DNA of 64,000 nt from the human T2T-CHM13v2.0 reference genome, Homo sapiens. The position numbers and the translations under genes are program-made. The stretch is taken from the NCBI RefSeq assembly GCF_009914755.1, contig NC_060927.1, one strand, 5' to 3'. The notes beneath the pieces were generated by a model. It saw nothing but the letters and a program-made list of their open reading frames with translations. It made no database searches and had not been told where the DNA came from. Below, in pieces: positions 59,385 to 64,000 of the stretch (position 1 is its first letter; each line of letters begins with the position of its first letter).

Positions 59385-60983
59385 AACTCCCAGGCTCACT
59401 GTGTAGGTGTTCTTGGTTCATTTAAAGGGACAGGCAGAACAAATTGGTGGTAAGAGAGTGCAGTTGGTTCTTATAATAGCTGTTTCCACAAACTTAGATC
59501 TTAGCACTTAACACTATTTTTATGAGAAGCTGTTGGTGTCATTGTTTCCTTTATCATTAAAATAGTTCAAATTTAATTGAATTGAATTTTTACCACCATC
59601 AGCAGTGCAGATTAAAAAGAAAAACAGAATAAACATCTTTGTTTACTAACAATTTCATTGCCATCCAGAGCAAAACAAAACAAAAATCTAATTTTAATTC
59701 CCTTATTTTGGGTGACTGCAGGTAATGAGTTACCAGGGGAATATAATAATAAGCTGACTATTGACCCTACCATTAACTTTCAGTCCTAATCATTTTACTT
59801 AGTTTTGTGTTAGCAGTGGAGACAAATCTGACAACTCATTGATGTGAAGTAAACATGTTTTGGCTGTAAAATTGTAGTATGAAGCCTCACACAATATCTC
59901 TGCCTTTAGCTATGGGACGGTCTAGTGTCTTTTACTAAAAGTGAAATATTCTGATAAGTTGTGATAGCATATGCTTAACTGCTAATGAATAGGATCTCTG
60001 TGACTTGATATCACATTTGATGAAACATGTTAAAAGATAGATTGTTCATTAACCCTTGAGGAATTATAACTTTGTTTATCCGATTATATTACATTTAACA
60101 CAATTTTCTTGTTATAAAATGCCATCTGAACATCCATTATCATTCAGACACAAGCACTTCAGTGAGAAAACTAATGGGCTTAAATTACTAAAAGTTGATG
60201 ACTTTCTAAAGTAAACTAACATTGCAGATTACTTTTGCAAAATATATAAAGCAGTTTCTTTCGAGCCCATAACAGGAAAAAAGAAAATGAGAAAAACTGA
60301 ATTCAACTCACATGTCTCATTCACATATTTTACTTGTATACTGCCCGGAGGAAGCCCAGATGGCTGAAATGTTGGCAGGTTTCTGCACCTGCAATGATAA
60401 TAAACTACTCCTCTATTACCTGAAGTACGTGAGTTGAATACAATTACACTTTACTCACTGCTATATGCACTGGCAGGTCAACAGTTTATATTGTATTTTT
60501 ATAGGATTGGCAAATGCATGTTGCTGGGCTTTGCTGAATTCACTTTTAGCAATAGAATGCCAAAGGCCACTAAAGCACCTACATGCTGACACATTAATCA
60601 TGTGCCAAAGCTTAGCTTGGAGTGGCTTATTGCTACCATGATATATAGAAAAAAAGTAACAAAACAGCCTATATGATAGTTTAGTAAACAAATGGATGCT
60701 CCTGAGATCCCAAATGAGTGAGCTTAACTCAGTGTGAGCTATAATTTTTAATACCTTCAAACAAGAGAAGATATTTGAAGGACTCAGCCACAAACCTTTT
60801 CATTTTGTGACATTTTTTACAAAACATTCTCATTGTATACTATTTGAGAAGTATAGAAATGATGAAAAAGTAATAAACGTTATTCACAACCCATTACTCA
60901 CACACTAACCCTATTGTCATTTTAGTATTTCTTTCTGTATGTAAACATAACTGGAAATATATACAAGCTACCTTGTGCTTTTC

Positions 60984-61323
<340 letters not shown>

Positions 61324-62230
61324 TGATGTAATCATTTTCCTATGTGATTAAACATTTCTGCAAATTCCTCTCACTAGACACTCATCCTCCACCCTCAAAC
61401 ACTATCACTTTGTTGACTCTTAGTCTTCCTTCTCCAAATCTAATTTCGGTCAATACTGTCTCAGGAGTGCTTTTCCTAACTTTCCTTGCTAGGGCAGTAC
61501 CTACCTGTATTAATTGCCCTCACAGTACCTTAAAACATTTCCTTTGTTCTCCTTATGTCAGTCTTTATGTTGTTCTCATTCGCAAAAATTTTTGAAAGAA
61601 AAATCGTAGAATTTTGGTTGGAATTTTGACAAACTTATAAATTAATTAAAGAAATACTGTTCTATTTATATTAATTGTTTCTATTCCATAAGTGGATTTT
61701 TCATCATTCTCCTTGAAGTGAGATTTTTTCCCATTTCCATTTAATACACTCATGTTAAATTTTGAAAACATAACCTATTCTTATTTTTGTTAATATTTGA
61801 GTCGATCTTTTACCTATTATATCTTTAGCTCATTTCAGTTGTTATATTGTGAGCCTGTGACATCTATATATAATTTATTTTGAAGTGTAGAAACATGATT
61901 GAACATTATATAATTTTAAAAGATTTATTACATATTCATGGATACTATTTACATACTTAGTAGCAAATCCATTCATTCATTCAAAAATATTCCTTGGTTA
62001 CTTATTTTGTGCCACACACTCTTACGGACATAGGAGGCACAGAAGGAAACAAAAACAACAAAAATCCTGTATTACATGGAGGCTACAGACTATTGAAGGG
62101 AACATATAATAAGATAAATAATAGGTAATATGTATTTACATTATGTTATCTGGTGATCTGCTATATGGAGGGAAAAAAAACAAGAAAGAGGAATAAGGTA
62201 ATTTGATGGGAATTTCAATACTAAATTTAG

Positions 62231-62581
62231 TGTCTTTGTCCTATTTGTGCTGCTATAACAAAATTTAAACTGAGTGGCTTATAAACAACGGAAGTTTATT
62301 TCTCACAGTTCTGGAGGCTGGCAAGTCCAAGATCAAGTTCCAGTCTCTGGTGAGGGCCTGCTTTCTGGTGCATAGATAGCACCATCTTCTTGTGTAGAGA
62401 GGTAGAGAGAACAGAGTTTTTTAGGGTCTATTAGGGCATGAATTCCATTCACGAAAGCTCTGATCTTATGACTGAATCCTAGCTCCAAAAGTCATCCTTT
62501 CCTTATTCCATCACCTTGGGAGTTAGGGTTTCCACATATGAAATTTGGAGGAAGGGGGACACAAACATTCAGACTATAACA
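62231..62581 (-). mobile_element. MaLR LTR (MLT1A0-like) nested in the L2
   Basis: tgtctttgtcctatttgtgctgctataacaaaa...tttatttctcacagttctggaggctgg...ggggacacaaacattcagactataaca. Confidence 0.88.
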
Positions 62582-63028
62582 ATCAGGGTGGTCAGATGAG
62601 TCTTAAAGGAAGTGAGAAAGCCGATTTTGTGGATTATCAGGGGTGAAAGCACCACAAAATGAAGTACACACACTCTGAGGTGCGAATATAGCTTCTGTCA
62701 TCTAGGAACAGCATCAAGGCCAATGTGTCTGAAGCAGAGTGAGCTAGGGGGACAGCAGTGTGACATGAGGTCACAGAAGTGATGGGAAGAAAGAGGCAAA
62801 TTGTGCCCAGTGCAGTGGATCACTATAAGAATATTGGGGTTTTCAGTGAGCAGGACAGGAGGTCATTGAAAGTGTCTGAGCATAAGCTAGTTTTTGGCAG
62901 GATCACTCTGGCTGTTGCGTTGAGAATAGACTATAGAAGGTAACCAGAAAGGTCAGTTAGGAGTCTCAAAAATCCAGGTGAGAAATACTTGTGGCTTGAA
63001 GTATGGTGTTAGGAGTATAGGTAGTGAG

Positions 63029-63118
63029 AAATGCTTTTCAGTCTATTTCCAATTACATATCAGGAATTTGTAATTTGTAATTCCTGATATGTAACTGGAA
63101 ATAGACCTAAAAGCATTT
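63029..63118. repeat. 40-bp inverted repeat with a 10-nt loop (hairpin/cruciform)
   Basis: Arms 63029-63068 and 63079-63118 are reverse complements at 37 of 40 positions. Confidence 0.95.
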
Positions 63119-64000
63119 GTTAACTGTTAGATGTAGGATTTGAGAGAAAGATAAGAGTTAAGAATGACTTTCTGGTTTATGGCTTGAGAAAGGATGAAGT
63201 TGACATAAAATGGAGTGGGAAAATTTCAGGAGGAGAAATTCAAGAAGGAAAATCAGGAAATTCTGTTTTAAACATGTTAAATTGGAGATGACTGTTATGC
63301 ATGCAACTGGAGATGTGGAGTGAGCAGTTGTGTACATCCCCTGGAGGTCAGGGGGTAGGTATAGGCTGCAGATACAAATTTTTGATAAAAAAGTTATATA
63401 ATCTTAAACATATTAGCTTATATTTTAATCAGTGGATATTTGTTGATGGTGATAGTAATAAGAGAAATTCAATGTAACAAATATTTATTTGTCAGGTGCT
63501 AAGATATAATGATTAATAAGACACATATGGTTCTTGGCCTCATCCAAATTAAAATATATGGGGGTGGATAGAATATTTTGCATTTTTTATAATTTATATT
63601 TCTTTTAATAAGATAAAGCATTCAAAGCTAATAATATCATAAATTAATAAAAAATAACTTAAAAGAAAATTTAATATAATATGTCCTGATATATTACCAA
63701 AAACATGTATTCACCTTCATCACTTACCTCATATTGACATCCCTTCCATCCTTTCATTCAATCTACTCCATGCTACACAATTGCAATAATTTTTATTAAT
63801 AAATATCGTGAATAAAAAATTATTTATGTAAGTTATTCTTGCTTCTCAGAGCTATTTTCACTAAGGTCAGATAAATCACTTTGATCATAATTCTGTGTAT
63901 TTTATTCTCAAAACTTTCTTTAGCTAATGATGTCTCATGTTACATCAATGAATTCACTTTCACCATTTTACTTAGCAGTATGACACTGACCATTTTGGTC

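Larger units (their letters stand above)
61970..63382 (-). mobile_element. L2 interrupted by an MLT1A LTR and an inverted duplication
   Basis: 3' terminus cattcattcattcaaaaatatt; L2 blocks caggatcactctggctgttgcgttgagaatagact and catgttaaattggagatg. Confidence 0.82.

Overview
AT-rich human (primate) genomic DNA from inside the large neural adhesion gene CADM2 (SynCAM2/Necl-3), transcribed on the + strand. The only host coding sequence I can support is one 150-nt, phase 1-1 internal exon (3885-4034) encoding the N-terminal half of the V-set Ig domain. The supplied ORF track misses it. The rest is intron, rich in L1, Alu, L2, MIR, ERVL/MaLR LTRs, DNA-transposon fossils and microsatellites, including the forensic STR D3S4529. 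The listed ORFs are L1/Alu-derived or chance. I see no evidence of a new multi-gene system. The most interesting signals are structural: (1) an internally deleted L1 that keeps its 5'UTR, with its antisense promoter facing the exon; (2) a twin-primed L1 whose inverted arm is complementary to the upstream L1, bracketing the symmetric exon with a ~545-bp inverted repeat; (3) a palindrome-rich templated insertion inside that L1; (4) a nested L1 with a 22-nt 3' transduction; (5) a 90-nt pri-miRNA-like hairpin made by inverted duplication inside an L2. Repeat subfamily names come from remembered consensus sequences, and boundaries of old repeats are approximate.
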